IMG/VR virus record: IMGVR_UViG_3300020043_004397
Span: 1-29,754 of that record
Source: a virus
Lineage: Duplodnaviria > Caudoviricetes
Reading direction: 5' to 3' (one strand)
Length of the DNA stretch: 29,754 nucleotides
Under the pieces are notes generated by a model, which saw only the letters and a program-made list of their open reading frames with translations, searched no databases and was not told the origin of the DNA. The position numbers were made by a program, and so were the translations under genes. This document shows positions 1 to 9,461 of the stretch, one piece after another. Position 1 is the stretch's first letter. Each line of letters opens with the position of its first letter.

Positions 1-119
1 GAAACCAAATCATCAAAACCAGGATTAGCAATTGCCCAGTTGATTGGGTCGCGGTGGTCGGCTCCTTCAGGTGCTTCCCACCAAGCCATAAAGAATGCTG
101 GGTCAACAACTTCACCAGT
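1..119 (-). repeat. Exact inverted copy of terL-internal sequence 3674-3792 (likely chimeric contig end)
   Basis: Reverse complement of 1-119 equals 3674-3792; identity stops at 120; CACCAGT at the junction also reads as MetK codons. Confidence 0.93.
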
Positions 120-844
120 TGGCTTTCCGTTTGACCGAGGTTCGTAAGACTGGCGTGTTGCCTTGGTTGCGACCTGACGGCAAAACACAGGTGACTGTTG
201 TTTACGAAGGTGATGTTCCAGTAGCTGTGGACACGGTTGTGGTTTCTACCCAGCACGCTCCTGAAGTTGAGCAGGAAGAAATCCATGCTGCGATTGCTTT
301 GCACGTGGTTCTACCTGTGCTGCGCCGCTTCCCTGAACTAGCCACAGACGATTTGCGCGTGTTGGTGAACCCAACTGGTCGTTTCGTTATTGGTGGTCCT
401 CAAGGCGACGCTGGTCTAACTGGTCGCAAGATTATTGTTGACACTTATGGTGGTGCAAGCCGTCACGGTGGTGGCGCGTTCTCTGGTAAGGACCCAAGCA
501 AGGTTGACCGTTCAGCCGCTTACGCTATGCGTTGGGTTGCTAAGAACGTGGTCGCTTCTGGTTTGGCTGCTCGTTGCGAGGTGCAGATTGCTTACGCCAT
601 TGGTGTTGCCGAGCCTGTTGGTATCTATGTGAACACGTTCGGGACTGGTGTTGAAAGCGACTCGGCTATTGCTGACGCTATTCGTCACGTGTTTGATTTG
701 CGACCTGCAGCAATCATTGACGACCTTGGTTTGCTAGATGCGATTTACAGTCCGACTGCAGCATATGGTCACTTCGGTCGTGACGAGTTCCCTTGGGAGC
801 AAACTAACCGTGTCACACAGTTGCGCGACTTCTTCAAAGGCTAA
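113..844 (+). CDS. metK: S-adenosylmethionine synthetase, 5'-truncated (ORF-track N-terminus MLGQQL derives from the inverted segment)
   Basis: Motifs [72 protein letters not shown]. Confidence 0.95.
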   Translation, partial: HQLAFRLTEVRKTGVLPWLRPDGKTQVTVVYEGDVPVAVDTVVVSTQHAPEVEQEEIHAAIALHVVLPVLRRFPELATDDLRVLVNPTGRFVIGGPQGDAGLTGRKIIVDTYGGASRHGGGAFSGKDPSKVDRSAAYAMRWVAKNVVASGLAARCEVQIAYAIGVAEPVGIYVNTFGTGVESDSAIADAIRHVFDLRPAAIIDDLGLLDAIYSPTAAYGHFGRDEFPWEQTNRVTQLRDFFKG

Positions 845-846
845 CC

Positions 847-1329
847 ATGTCTGACAGCGGTCAATGCATCACGCACATTGGTTTCTACGACGCAGACGAC
901 AATCCTATTGATGAGTTTGGCGCACTTGTTTTTGATGGCGCACGACGATGTGGTCACAGGGACTGTGTGAACCAAAGCCACGTTGAGGGTTTCGTTGAGA
1001 TTAGTTTCCATGAACTAGTGGTCGCTTCAGCGTTCGCTGGTGGTTCATTAGCAACGCACCCAACCTGCAATTTCCCTGGTTGTGATAAGCGTTTCCGTTC
1101 GTCAGGTCTATGCCGTAATCATTACGCTGTATATCGAAAACTAAAAATTGTTGAAACGCCACCAAAGGTTGAACGCTACACCTTGGACCAATTCAAAAAC
1201 GCTAAACCAAAAGTTGTCGGCAGCAAAATCACCTGCGCGTTCGACGGTTGTTCTAAAGGTGGATTTTCACGTAGCCTATGCACAAAGCATTATCAAATCA
1301 TGGTCAGACTAGAACGGAAGAATAAATGA
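847..1329 (+). CDS. Cys/His zinc-binding protein: His-Me-finger-like CGHRDCVNxxH domain plus two C-x4-C...LC-x2-HY repeats
   Basis: CGHRDCVNQSH; CNFPGC...GLCRNHY; CAFDGC...LCTKHY; abuts metK and overlaps the MTase start. Confidence 0.7.
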   Translation: MSDSGQCITHIGFYDADDNPIDEFGALVFDGARRCGHRDCVNQSHVEGFVEISFHELVVASAFAGGSLATHPTCNFPGCDKRFRSSGLCRNHYAVYRKLKIVETPPKVERYTLDQFKNAKPKVVGSKITCAFDGCSKGGFSRSLCTKHYQIMVRLERKNK

Positions 1330-2492
1330 AACTCGAAACTCTACGCATCGCTGAACTAACCAGCGACCCTCAAAATGCGAGGAAGCATGATGAGAAGAAC
1401 CTAGAAGCAATCGTTGGCAGCCTTCGCCAGTTCGGTCAGCGCAAACCAATCGTGGTGAGCCAAGGCAACATTGTTGTTGCAGGTAACGGAACTGTTGAAG
1501 CCGCTAAACGCCTCGGTTGGGAGAGTATTGAAATCGTGCGCATTCCAGATGGTTGGACCGAAGACCAAATCAAAGCTTTCGCGTTGGCTGATAACCGTTC
1601 AGCAGAACTTGCTACTTGGGATGTTCAGGTCCTCAACAAGCAACTCATGGAGTTGGACGCGGTTGAGTTTGACATCAAAGAACTAGGTTTTGAATTGCCA
1701 CAGGTGTTGGAGTTAGAAATAGCTGAGGACGCTGACGAGGTTCCTGAGAACGCTGACGCACGTGTGAAGATTGGTGACGTTTGGCAGTTGGGCAACCACC
1801 GACTTGTGTGTGGTGACGGCACCAGCATTGACACTTACGAGAAACTATTAGGCGACGAAAAGGTTGACCTTGTTTGGACTGACCCTCCTTACGGTGTGGC
1901 TTACGTTGGCAAAACTAAAGACGCGCTCACTATTGAGAACGACACTTTGGACGCTAAACAGTTGGAGTCATTTTTGCGCGACGCGTTCACGGCTGTTTTT
2001 GCTTCAACTAAACCTGGTGCTTGCTGGTATGTTGCCTCACCGTCAGGGAACCTGTTCCAGTCGTTCAGTATCCCTTTGACTGAGTTGGAAGTTTGGAAGC
2101 ACACTCTTGTGTGGGTTAAGGACGTTCTTGTTATGGGTCGCGCCGACTACCACTACCGTCACGAATCAATCTTCTATGGTTGGACCCCTGGTGCTGCTCA
2201 CCAAACACCACCAGACCGTAAGCAGGACACGATTTGGGAGTTCCCTAAGCCGCGTGCTAACCGTGAACACCCAACGATGAAACCTGTGGAACTGATTGTT
2301 CGCGCCATCAACAACTCAAGCCGTGCCAAAGAACTAGTGCTTGACCCGTTCGGTGGTTCTGGTTCAACTTTGATTGCTGCGGAGCAAACACAACGCCACG
2401 CACGTTTGATTGAACTAGACCCGAAGTATTGCGATGTCATTTTGGCTCGTTGGGAGAAGTTGACTGGCAAGACTGCAGAACTAGTCGTCTAA
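1326..2492 (+). CDS. ParB-like N-terminal domain fused to N6/N4 DNA methyltransferase
   Basis: N-terminal DPQNARKH..FGQRKPIVV..AGNG..ADNR; DPPY catalytic motif, HPTMKP, LDPFGGSGST SAM-binding motif. Confidence 0.92.
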   Translation: MKLETLRIAELTSDPQNARKHDEKNLEAIVGSLRQFGQRKPIVVSQGNIVVAGNGTVEAAKRLGWESIEIVRIPDGWTEDQIKAFALADNRSAELATWDVQVLNKQLMELDAVEFDIKELGFELPQVLELEIAEDADEVPENADARVKIGDVWQLGNHRLVCGDGTSIDTYEKLLGDEKVDLVWTDPPYGVAYVGKTKDALTIENDTLDAKQLESFLRDAFTAVFASTKPGACWYVASPSGNLFQSFSIPLTELEVWKHTLVWVKDVLVMGRADYHYRHESIFYGWTPGAAHQTPPDRKQDTIWEFPKPRANREHPTMKPVELIVRAINNSSRAKELVLDPFGGSGSTLIAAEQTQRHARLIELDPKYCDVILARWEKLTGKTAELVV

Positions 2493-2532
2493 CCACGACT
2501 GCTAGTTTGTAATAAGGGAGAAGGATTAGATT

Positions 2533-2985
2533 ATGGCTCAAATGGGTCGTCCGCCGAAACCTGCGGAGTTGAAACGTTTACAGGGAAACCCTGGCAAGCG
2601 TGCTTTACCAAAAGAAGACCAACTTATCCTTCTCCCTGCTGCGGCTGATGTTCCAGAACCACATCGTCCCTTGATGAAATACGGTCGGGAAATGTGGGAC
2701 CGTATTTGGGGCATGGGACAGTCTTGGATTAGTCCTACGACCGACATTGAGTTGTGTTTGATGACTTGTGAAATGATTGACGAGCGTTGGAACCTTCGTG
2801 TCAAAGTTATGTCTACCGAGGACCCAAAGATGCGTCGCGGTTTGCGCGAACTTGACCGAACCATTATCAGCAACCTTTCGTTGCTTGGTTTCAGTCCGAC
2901 CGACCGTATGCGTCTCGGAATTGCTGAAGTAAAGAAGCAGTCGCGTTTGGAAGAGTTGCTTGCGCGAAAGGCAGCCAATGGATAG
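2533..2985 (+). CDS. terS: Terminase small subunit (P27-like)
   Basis: GRPPKP..LKRLQGNPGKR N-terminus, LGFSPTDRMRL C-terminus; directly upstream of TerL. Confidence 0.85.
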   Translation: MAQMGRPPKPAELKRLQGNPGKRALPKEDQLILLPAAADVPEPHRPLMKYGREMWDRIWGMGQSWISPTTDIELCLMTCEMIDERWNLRVKVMSTEDPKMRRGLRELDRTIISNLSLLGFSPTDRMRLGIAEVKKQSRLEELLARKAANG

Positions 2986-4501
2986 TTGGGAACCAGCATG
3001 GTTGACACCTGTTGACCCTGCAGCAATTGAACGTGGCGACGGTTTGTATGCTGCAGAGTTCGCTGAGGCTTTTGGCTCTATTGGTAAGGACGGCATTGCT
3101 GGTCGTGCAGGTGAGGCTTTGGAGTTGCGCGAATGGCAAATTGAACTTCTGCGCCATTTGTATGCGCGAGATGAAGAGGGTGGCTTACTTGCCCAGACCG
3201 CTCTAATCGGGATGCCGAGAAAGAACGGAAAGTCTGCGCTTTCAAGTGCGGCAATCGGTTTGTATTCTTTGCTCGCTGAGGGAATCAACGGTGGTGAGGT
3301 AATCGCGGTCGCAGCTGAAAAACAACAGGCTCGCATCGTGTTCGAAGAAGCCAAACGCATGGTGGAGAATTCGGAACTGTCTGAACTGGTGACCGTGTAT
3401 AAAGACTCGCTTTACGTTCCGTCTACGTCCAGCGTTTTCAGGGTTGTATCAGCCGAGGCTTACTCTAAGGAAGGTTTGAACCCTAGCCGTGTGATTATGG
3501 ATGAGTTGCACGCTCATAAGAACCGTGAAATTTTTGACGTGTTCTCTTTGGCTATGGGTAACCGTGGCAAGATTGGTCAGTTGGTTGCTATTACAACTGC
3601 TGGTGTAAAAACAGACTCTACAGGTCAGGACAGCGTTTGCTATTCGCTTTACAACTACGGCAAGCGTGTGGCTACTGGTGAAGTTGTTGACCCAGCATTC
3701 TTTATGGCTTGGTGGGAAGCACCTGAAGGAGCCGACCACCGCGACCCAATCAACTGGGCAATTGCTAATCCTGGTTTTGATGATTTGGTTTCGCGCGAGG
3801 ACTTTGAGTCAGCGGTGCGTCGAACTCCTGAAGCACAGTTCAGAACTAAAAGAATGAACCAATGGGTTAGCACCAAAGAAGCGTGGCTCCCTGCTGGTGC
3901 GTGGGAAGAACTAGCTGAGGATTTTGAACTGCTACCAACCGACAGTTACTTCCTCGGCTTTGACGGTTCTTGGAATAACGACTCCACTTCGTTGGTCGCT
4001 GTAATTATGCCGCGCGAAGAAGGCGACGTGTTCCGTGCAGTCCGTGTCGCATCGTGGGAGAAGAACTTTGCTATCGATGACGACTCGTGGATTGTTGATA
4101 AAAACGACGTGACCAACACGGTGATGAAGTTCTACGACGAACACCCGAACTGTGTGGAGATGCCTTGTGACCCTTCCTATTGGGAAGACCAGATGTGGAT
4201 TTGGCAAGAGTATGGAATCCCTGTCGTTGAGTATCGCAACTCACCAAACCGCACCATTCCAGCAACCTCAAAATTGTATGAAGCAATCATGTCGAAGAAA
4301 CTGAAACACAATGGCGACGCAGCTTTGGCACGCCACATTGACAACTGTGTTCTCAAAATGGACAGCGGTCGAGGCGCACGTATTACAAAGGATTTTAGAA
4401 ACCCTAAACTCAAAGTGGACAACGCTATTGCGCTGATGATGGCGTATGACCGAGCAAGCAGTAGAATTGAAGAACAGGTCATCCCTGAATTCTTTATGTA
4501 A
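2978..4501 (+). CDS. terL: Terminase large subunit
   Basis: Walker A MPRKNGKS, Walker B VIMDELH, ITTAG coupling motif, LGFDGS..D nuclease motif, KVDNAIA; ATG 2978 overlaps terS end. Confidence 0.95.
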   Translation: MDSWEPAWLTPVDPAAIERGDGLYAAEFAEAFGSIGKDGIAGRAGEALELREWQIELLRHLYARDEEGGLLAQTALIGMPRKNGKSALSSAAIGLYSLLAEGINGGEVIAVAAEKQQARIVFEEAKRMVENSELSELVTVYKDSLYVPSTSSVFRVVSAEAYSKEGLNPSRVIMDELHAHKNREIFDVFSLAMGNRGKIGQLVAITTAGVKTDSTGQDSVCYSLYNYGKRVATGEVVDPAFFMAWWEAPEGADHRDPINWAIANPGFDDLVSREDFESAVRRTPEAQFRTKRMNQWVSTKEAWLPAGAWEELAEDFELLPTDSYFLGFDGSWNNDSTSLVAVIMPREEGDVFRAVRVASWEKNFAIDDDSWIVDKNDVTNTVMKFYDEHPNCVEMPCDPSYWEDQMWIWQEYGIPVVEYRNSPNRTIPATSKLYEAIMSKKLKHNGDAALARHIDNCVLKMDSGRGARITKDFRNPKLKVDNAIALMMAYDRASSRIEEQVIPEFFM

Positions 4502-4512
4502 GGACCTTCTTT

Positions 4513-4650
4513 ATGTTGGCAACAATCATTCAAGCAGTAGGCGTGTGCCTCATCTCAACTGGGGTGGCTCTTTGGTCGCTGCCAGCAGGAGTATGCGTTC
4601 TCGGTGCTGGGGTCATTCTTTTTGGTATCGCAATGGAGCGTGGTAAATAA
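4513..4650 (+). CDS. Small two-helix membrane protein between terminase and portal (45 aa, not in ORF track)
   Basis: MLATIIQAVGVCLISTGVALWSLPAGVCVLGAGVILFGIAMERGK; AAGGA RBS; TAATG coupling to portal. Confidence 0.75.
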   Translation: MLATIIQAVGVCLISTGVALWSLPAGVCVLGAGVILFGIAMERGK

Positions 4651-5987
4651 TGCTAGGTCGTCTTACTGAAAACCGTGCCATCACTTTCCAAAACGTTTGG
4701 GGTTCAGGTGGCGACATTCTTGTCGAGAACAATGCTGGCGTTGTTATAAACGACAAGAGCGCGTTCAGCATCGTTGCTTTCTTGTCTGCAGTCAGTTTGA
4801 TTTCTGACACCATTTCAACGCTACCGATTGCTGCGTATGAACGTGACGACAATGGTGCGCGTAGACCTGTGCTGCCTCAACCGCAGTGGGTTTCACAACC
4901 AGACGTTGATAACACCTGTCAGGGACATTACGGTGCTGGTCTTGTCAGCCTTCTGATAGACGGCAACTTGTTTGTTAGAAAGTTTTACAGCAAGGGCAAC
5001 CTAGTTAACATGGTTGTTCTTGATCCGACCAGTGTGACAATCAAACGCAACGGACTCGGTCGTAAAATGTTCAACGTTGTTGGCGAGGACAAACTTCTTA
5101 GCTCAGACGAAATCCTACACGTCACCGACCTGCTAGAACCTGGTGCGGTCCGTGGTGTTAGCCGTGTTGAACGTTTGTCGGAATCGCTAGGTGTAGCGTC
5201 AGCACTTCAGGCTTTCGCAGCACGCTTCTTCAGCCAAGGTGCAACCACCAGCGGTGTGATTGAATACCCTGGTCCTTTGACTGGCGACCAAGCAAAAGCA
5301 CTCTCTGACGGTTTTGACGCACGCCACCGTGGTTGGCGCAAAGCACACAAGACTGGAATCTTGTCTGGTGGTGCAAAGTATGTGGACACAACCGTTCCAA
5401 ACGACTCTGCACAGTTCCTAGAGAGCCGACGCTTCGCAGTTGAAGAAGTGGCTCGTATGTATAACATCCCTCTTTCGTTGATGGGTATTCCTGGCACCCA
5501 GTCTTACGCCAGCGTGGAACAGAACGCCATCCAGTTCGTTACCCACACGCTCCGTCCTTACATCGAGAAACTAGAGTGGGCTTACAGCCGTCTGCTGCCT
5601 GATAACCAGTTCATTAAGTTCAACGTGGACGGTTTACTCCGTGGCGACTTCAACAGCCGTGTGTCGGCTTACAGCAGCGCGCTACAGACTGGTTGGCTAA
5701 ACATCGACACCGTTCGCTCTCTTGAAGACTTGCCCCCAGTTCCAAATGGTGAAGGTTCTCAATACCGTGTGCCTCTAGCCAACGTGAACTTGTCAGCCAC
5801 CGACCTTGTTGCCCAGCAAGAAAAGGTCAACATGGCTAAGGGTTTGATTGGTGTTGGTTTTGACCCTGCCGCGGTTTTGGCAGCGTTGGGTCTTCCAGAG
5901 ATTGCTCACACAGGCGTGCCGACTGTTTCGCTTCAAGGCGTAGGCACTATTAACCCAACTGCACCAGACACGGTTTATAACGTCTGA
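4650..5987 (+). CDS. Portal protein (HK97 family)
   Basis: AVSLISDTISTLP, EILHV, GVSRV, FFSQGATTSGVI, AQFLESRRFAVEEVARMYNIP, TLRPYIEKLE. Confidence 0.93.
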   Translation: MLGRLTENRAITFQNVWGSGGDILVENNAGVVINDKSAFSIVAFLSAVSLISDTISTLPIAAYERDDNGARRPVLPQPQWVSQPDVDNTCQGHYGAGLVSLLIDGNLFVRKFYSKGNLVNMVVLDPTSVTIKRNGLGRKMFNVVGEDKLLSSDEILHVTDLLEPGAVRGVSRVERLSESLGVASALQAFAARFFSQGATTSGVIEYPGPLTGDQAKALSDGFDARHRGWRKAHKTGILSGGAKYVDTTVPNDSAQFLESRRFAVEEVARMYNIPLSLMGIPGTQSYASVEQNAIQFVTHTLRPYIEKLEWAYSRLLPDNQFIKFNVDGLLRGDFNSRVSAYSSALQTGWLNIDTVRSLEDLPPVPNGEGSQYRVPLANVNLSATDLVAQQEKVNMAKGLIGVGFDPAAVLAALGLPEIAHTGVPTVSLQGVGTINPTAPDTVYNV

Positions 5988-6694
5988 TGGCTATTGCGCA
6001 GAAGGTTTACAACGTCGGGACGACACCTCAAACGGTTGTTGCACCAACGAATGACTATGCCAAGTTTGTGTTGAAGAACCTGCAACCAAAAGACACAGCG
6101 GACTATGCGCGCGAAGGTTTGATTTACGCTTTCTTCTCTAACCGAAGCATTGGTGCTGGTGTAACTGAAAACATTAGTTTTACTACTGGTGCAACAGGCG
6201 CACAGTTAGATTACTTTCAACTGGTAACCGAATCATCATCTATCTATTCGACAATTATTGAGGGTGCTACAGTAACCGTTGCTGGTCCAACTATCCCTGT
6301 CAAAAACGTCAACCGTAACTATTCAGACACAGCACAAGCAGTTATTCAGGGAGTAACTTCTGTCACAGGTGGCACAGCTATTCAGGCAGAGTTTGTGACA
6401 GCAAGCAACCACGGTGGTGGTGCTATTTCTAGTCAAAAAATTGTCACACTTAAACCGAACACACAATATGTGTTTCAAGCAACCAACATTGGAAACCAAG
6501 CAACGAACTGGTATTCGCAGGTTGCTTTCTCGGAGCATTTCAACGGCTACAACACCATCTGGTTAGACACCATTGATGACTCGTTTGCACTTCGCGCTGG
6601 CGAAGAACTAATTCTTGAACTACTGCCTAACGCAACAATCAACGCGGTCGCTCATTACAACACAAACAAACTCGCAGTTATGAGGCAAAAGTAA
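5987..6694 (+). CDS. Hypothetical beta-rich virion protein (possible head decoration)
   Basis: T/V/G/N-rich; translationally coupled between portal and protease. Confidence 0.55.
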   Translation: MAIAQKVYNVGTTPQTVVAPTNDYAKFVLKNLQPKDTADYAREGLIYAFFSNRSIGAGVTENISFTTGATGAQLDYFQLVTESSSIYSTIIEGATVTVAGPTIPVKNVNRNYSDTAQAVIQGVTSVTGGTAIQAEFVTASNHGGGAISSQKIVTLKPNTQYVFQATNIGNQATNWYSQVAFSEHFNGYNTIWLDTIDDSFALRAGEELILELLPNATINAVAHYNTNKLAVMRQK

Positions 6695-7860
6695 TGCCGT
6701 ATTTTATAACGGAAGGTCCAGAGGGTTGTAAGTCTGGCTGGGCTACAATTAAACAGGATGGCGAAATAATCGGTTGCCACCCAACTAAGCAGGAGGCGAT
6801 TGACCAGATGGTCGCAGTTTCTATTTCAGAGAACATGACACCAGGTGGCGAGCGCGCTTTGCCTGAAGAACTAACCCCAGACACTTTCGTTGCTTGGCTG
6901 GTGGGTCCTGAAGCGTATGCAGGTCAGGTCGTATCAGTTGATGGCGACAATGCAATCGTGCGTTTGTGGGAAGAAGAAGAAGACGTTTGGATGCAAGGCG
7001 ATTTGGACGTTGTCGTCCCTGTTGCTGTGCTGCAGGTTATTGAACCGTTGCTTGCACCTGAAGCGTTGCCTCAACTAACCGAATCAACTGTCGTGCCTAC
7101 ACGCAACAAGTGGGTAAGTGCTGCTTGGGCTATCAAGGCACGCATTGAAGGCTTGTCTAACGAGGCACGTTCTGTGGGTGGAAGCACCGAGATTAGAACC
7201 GCACACACCAAGTTCGAAATCCGTGCCGAAGGCGACGGGATGTCGTTTGAGGGTTACGCAGCTCTTTTTAACAGCGACTCTGAACCGCTACCTTTCATCG
7301 AACGCATCGCACCAGGCGCGTTCAAACGTTCGCTACAGGGACGCCACCGCATGATGCTGTTGTGGAACCACGACACTTCAAACCCACTTGCTTCAAACCG
7401 TAACGGTTCGCTGCGTCTACAGGAAGACAACATTGGTCTAAAGGTTTCAGCGACCTTGCCGAACACCACCTTGGGTCGCGACGTTGCTGAACTAGTTCGC
7501 ACAGGTGTTATCGACGCCATGTCGTTTGGTTTCGAAGTCAAAAAAGACTCATGGTCAGCCGACGGTAAAGTCCGCACCCTAGAAGAGGTCGCTTTGCTGG
7601 AGACAAGTTTGGTGTCCTTCCCAGCCTACGAAGGCACATCAGGTTCGACCAGCGTCCGTTCAGCACGTTCTATTGACGCAGACGTTCTTGCCAACAGCCT
7701 GTTCAAACTTGAATCAGGTGAACAGTTAGAAGCCAGCGAAGCAGCGGTCCTAAACGACGTGGTTGCTAAGTTGTCAAAAACTGAAGAAGTGCAAGAAGTA
7801 GACGGTGACATCCTTGCGCTAAAGAAAAAGAAACTCGACCTACTATTGAAAGGCATCTAA
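6694..7860 (+). CDS. HK97-type prohead protease with N-terminal extension
   Basis: FEGYAALFN, ERIAPGAF, LLWNHD, MSFGF, ETSLVSFPAY in the C-terminal half. Confidence 0.9.
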   Translation: MPYFITEGPEGCKSGWATIKQDGEIIGCHPTKQEAIDQMVAVSISENMTPGGERALPEELTPDTFVAWLVGPEAYAGQVVSVDGDNAIVRLWEEEEDVWMQGDLDVVVPVAVLQVIEPLLAPEALPQLTESTVVPTRNKWVSAAWAIKARIEGLSNEARSVGGSTEIRTAHTKFEIRAEGDGMSFEGYAALFNSDSEPLPFIERIAPGAFKRSLQGRHRMMLLWNHDTSNPLASNRNGSLRLQEDNIGLKVSATLPNTTLGRDVAELVRTGVIDAMSFGFEVKKDSWSADGKVRTLEEVALLETSLVSFPAYEGTSGSTSVRSARSIDADVLANSLFKLESGEQLEASEAAVLNDVVAKLSKTEEVQEVDGDILALKKKKLDLLLKGI

Positions 7861-8018
7861 TGGCTACCAAAGAAGAAATCGCAATCGCACTGAAGGTTAT
7901 CGAAGAAGTAGCAGGTGCTCCTGATGCAGGTCTAATCGCAGACCTACTGAAAGAAATAAAGAAGTCTGGTGACGCGACCAAAGAAGTGCGCGTTGTCAGT
8001 TCAAAAGAAACTCGCTAA
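7860..8018 (+). CDS. Small hypothetical protein (52 aa, not in ORF track)
   Basis: MATKEEIAIALKVIEEVAGAPDAGLIADLLKEIKKSGDATKEVRVVSSKETR; TAATG coupling. Confidence 0.7.
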   Translation: MATKEEIAIALKVIEEVAGAPDAGLIADLLKEIKKSGDATKEVRVVSSKETR

Positions 8019-8037
8019 CCCCTCAGTAGCAGTTTCT

Positions 8038-8079
8038 AACCCCAGCAGGTTTACTCCCCTTTCCCTGCTGGGGTTCTTT
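8038..8079 (+). terminator. Intrinsic terminator-like hairpin with 14-nt pyrimidine-rich loop
   Basis: AACCCCAGCAGG / CCTGCTGGGGTT 12-bp stem, loop TTTACTCCCCTTTC, followed by CTTT. Confidence 0.7.
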
Positions 8080-8106
8080 CATGTCTGAAGCGTTTTTTTT
8101 GACTGT

Positions 8107-8167
8107 TAGACTTTTTGACAGGTTCCGTGTTCCACGACCTCTTGTCTGTTCAGCGTGCCGCGGCAGA
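8107..8167 (+). promoter_or_regulatory. -10 element (TAGACT) and structured capsid leader with two related hairpins
   Basis: TAGACT 8107-8112; GTTCCGTGTTCCACG (8122-8136) and GTTCAGCGTGCCGCG (8148-8162). Confidence 0.5.
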
Positions 8168-8199
8168 GTCCATTAACCCATTTCTTTTTAGGAGAACAT

Positions 8200-9360
8200 A
8201 TGTCAGAGTTCGTAAAGGCTCAGGCTGAAGTTCGCAGCAACCTGCTTGCACAGATGCGTGAGGTCATTGACCTTGCTGAGTCTGAAAAGCGTGGACTATC
8301 TGCTGAGGACCTTCAGAAGATTGACCGCATTGAAGCGGACATCGAATCACGCGATGCTTCTATCGCAACTGCTCTAAAGGTTGAGGAGCGCGCTAAGGCT
8401 GCTGCCGAGGCTGCATCTTCATTCGCACCTGTTGAGGCTGCTCGTCAGTCAGACGCAGAAACCCTTCGCTCAATCGCTCGTGGCGAGATGCGTGGACGTG
8501 AGTTTGCTCGTGAGTCACGTGCTGCTCTAGTTCCATCAGCGAACACCGTCGGTCAGTCTTTCTATGACCAGGTCTTCCAGATTGCGACCCTAGTTGGTCC
8601 AATGCTTCAGACCTCAGAGGTATTCAACACCACCTCTGGCGAGAACCTAGTTATCCCAACCGTAACCGCAATCTCAACCTCTGCTGGAACCCCAGCAGGT
8701 TCAGCAATCGGTGAAAGCAACCCAACCTTCTCAAGCATCACTCTTGGTGCTGACAAGTTCGGTGCGCTTGTGTCAGTTGCGAACGAACTAATCGCAGATG
8801 CTGGTTTCGACATCTCTGCTTACATTGCAGAGCAGTTGGGAACCTCACTTGGTATCGCTATCAACACCGCTCTAACCACTGGCACCGCTGGTCTAGCAAC
8901 TTCTGCTGGTTCAGTTGTAACTGGTGGCACTGGTGTTGCTGGTGCTCCAACCTACGAAAACATCATCGACCTTGTTTACGGTATCGCTGATGGCGCACGC
9001 GTTCTTCCTGGTCTAGGCTTCCAAGCCTCAAAGACTGGTATCGCTGCTCTTCGTAAGATTAAGGACGGTTCAGGACGTTACATCTGGACCGACTCAGCAG
9101 TTGACGGTCAGCCAGCACAGTTGCTTGGTTACTCGGTTTACGAGAACCCAGCAGTTGCTGCAGTTGCTACTGGCGCAAAGAGCCTCTTGTTCGGACACCT
9201 TCCGTCATACAAGGCTCGCATTGCTGGTGGCATTCAGGTTGCCCAGTCAGGCGACTACGCTTTCAACACCGACGTAACCACCTTCCGTGGCATCGTTCGT
9301 GTTGGCGGTGGCTTGACCCACGCAACCAGCGTTGGTTACTTCAAGGGTGGCGCGAGCTAA
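8200..9360 (+). CDS. Major capsid protein (HK97 fold, N-terminal delta/scaffold domain)
   Basis: AGGAG RBS; coiled-coil N-terminus; GESNPTFSSITLGADKFGALVSVANELIAD, LRKIKDGSGRYIW, LLGYSV, FNTDVTTFR. Confidence 0.93.
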   Translation: MSEFVKAQAEVRSNLLAQMREVIDLAESEKRGLSAEDLQKIDRIEADIESRDASIATALKVEERAKAAAEAASSFAPVEAARQSDAETLRSIARGEMRGREFARESRAALVPSANTVGQSFYDQVFQIATLVGPMLQTSEVFNTTSGENLVIPTVTAISTSAGTPAGSAIGESNPTFSSITLGADKFGALVSVANELIADAGFDISAYIAEQLGTSLGIAINTALTTGTAGLATSAGSVVTGGTGVAGAPTYENIIDLVYGIADGARVLPGLGFQASKTGIAALRKIKDGSGRYIWTDSAVDGQPAQLLGYSVYENPAVAAVATGAKSLLFGHLPSYKARIAGGIQVAQSGDYAFNTDVTTFRGIVRVGGGLTHATSVGYFKGGAS

Positions 9361-9383
9361 ACCCTGACCAACGGTCACAGACT

Positions 9384-9424
9384 GAACTCCCCTCCTGAGC
9401 GTAGACAGGAGGGGAGTTCTTTTT
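9384..9424 (+). terminator. Intrinsic terminator after major capsid gene
   Basis: 14-bp perfect stem GAACTCCCCTCCTG / CAGGAGGGGAGTTC, loop AGCGTAGA, T tract. Confidence 0.9.
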
Positions 9425-9461
9425 GATAGGGTTGAAGTGACCATCTACGAAAGGGAAGCAA

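Noticed and set aside
1-119. DGR template/variable repeat or invertible segment
   Set aside because: Copy is exact with no adenine-specific changes; no reverse transcriptase or invertase in the window.
113-844. metK as host flank of a prophage
   Set aside because: No att site or integrase seen, and it is tightly packed with phage genes of similar composition; not fully excluded because the 5' end is chimeric.
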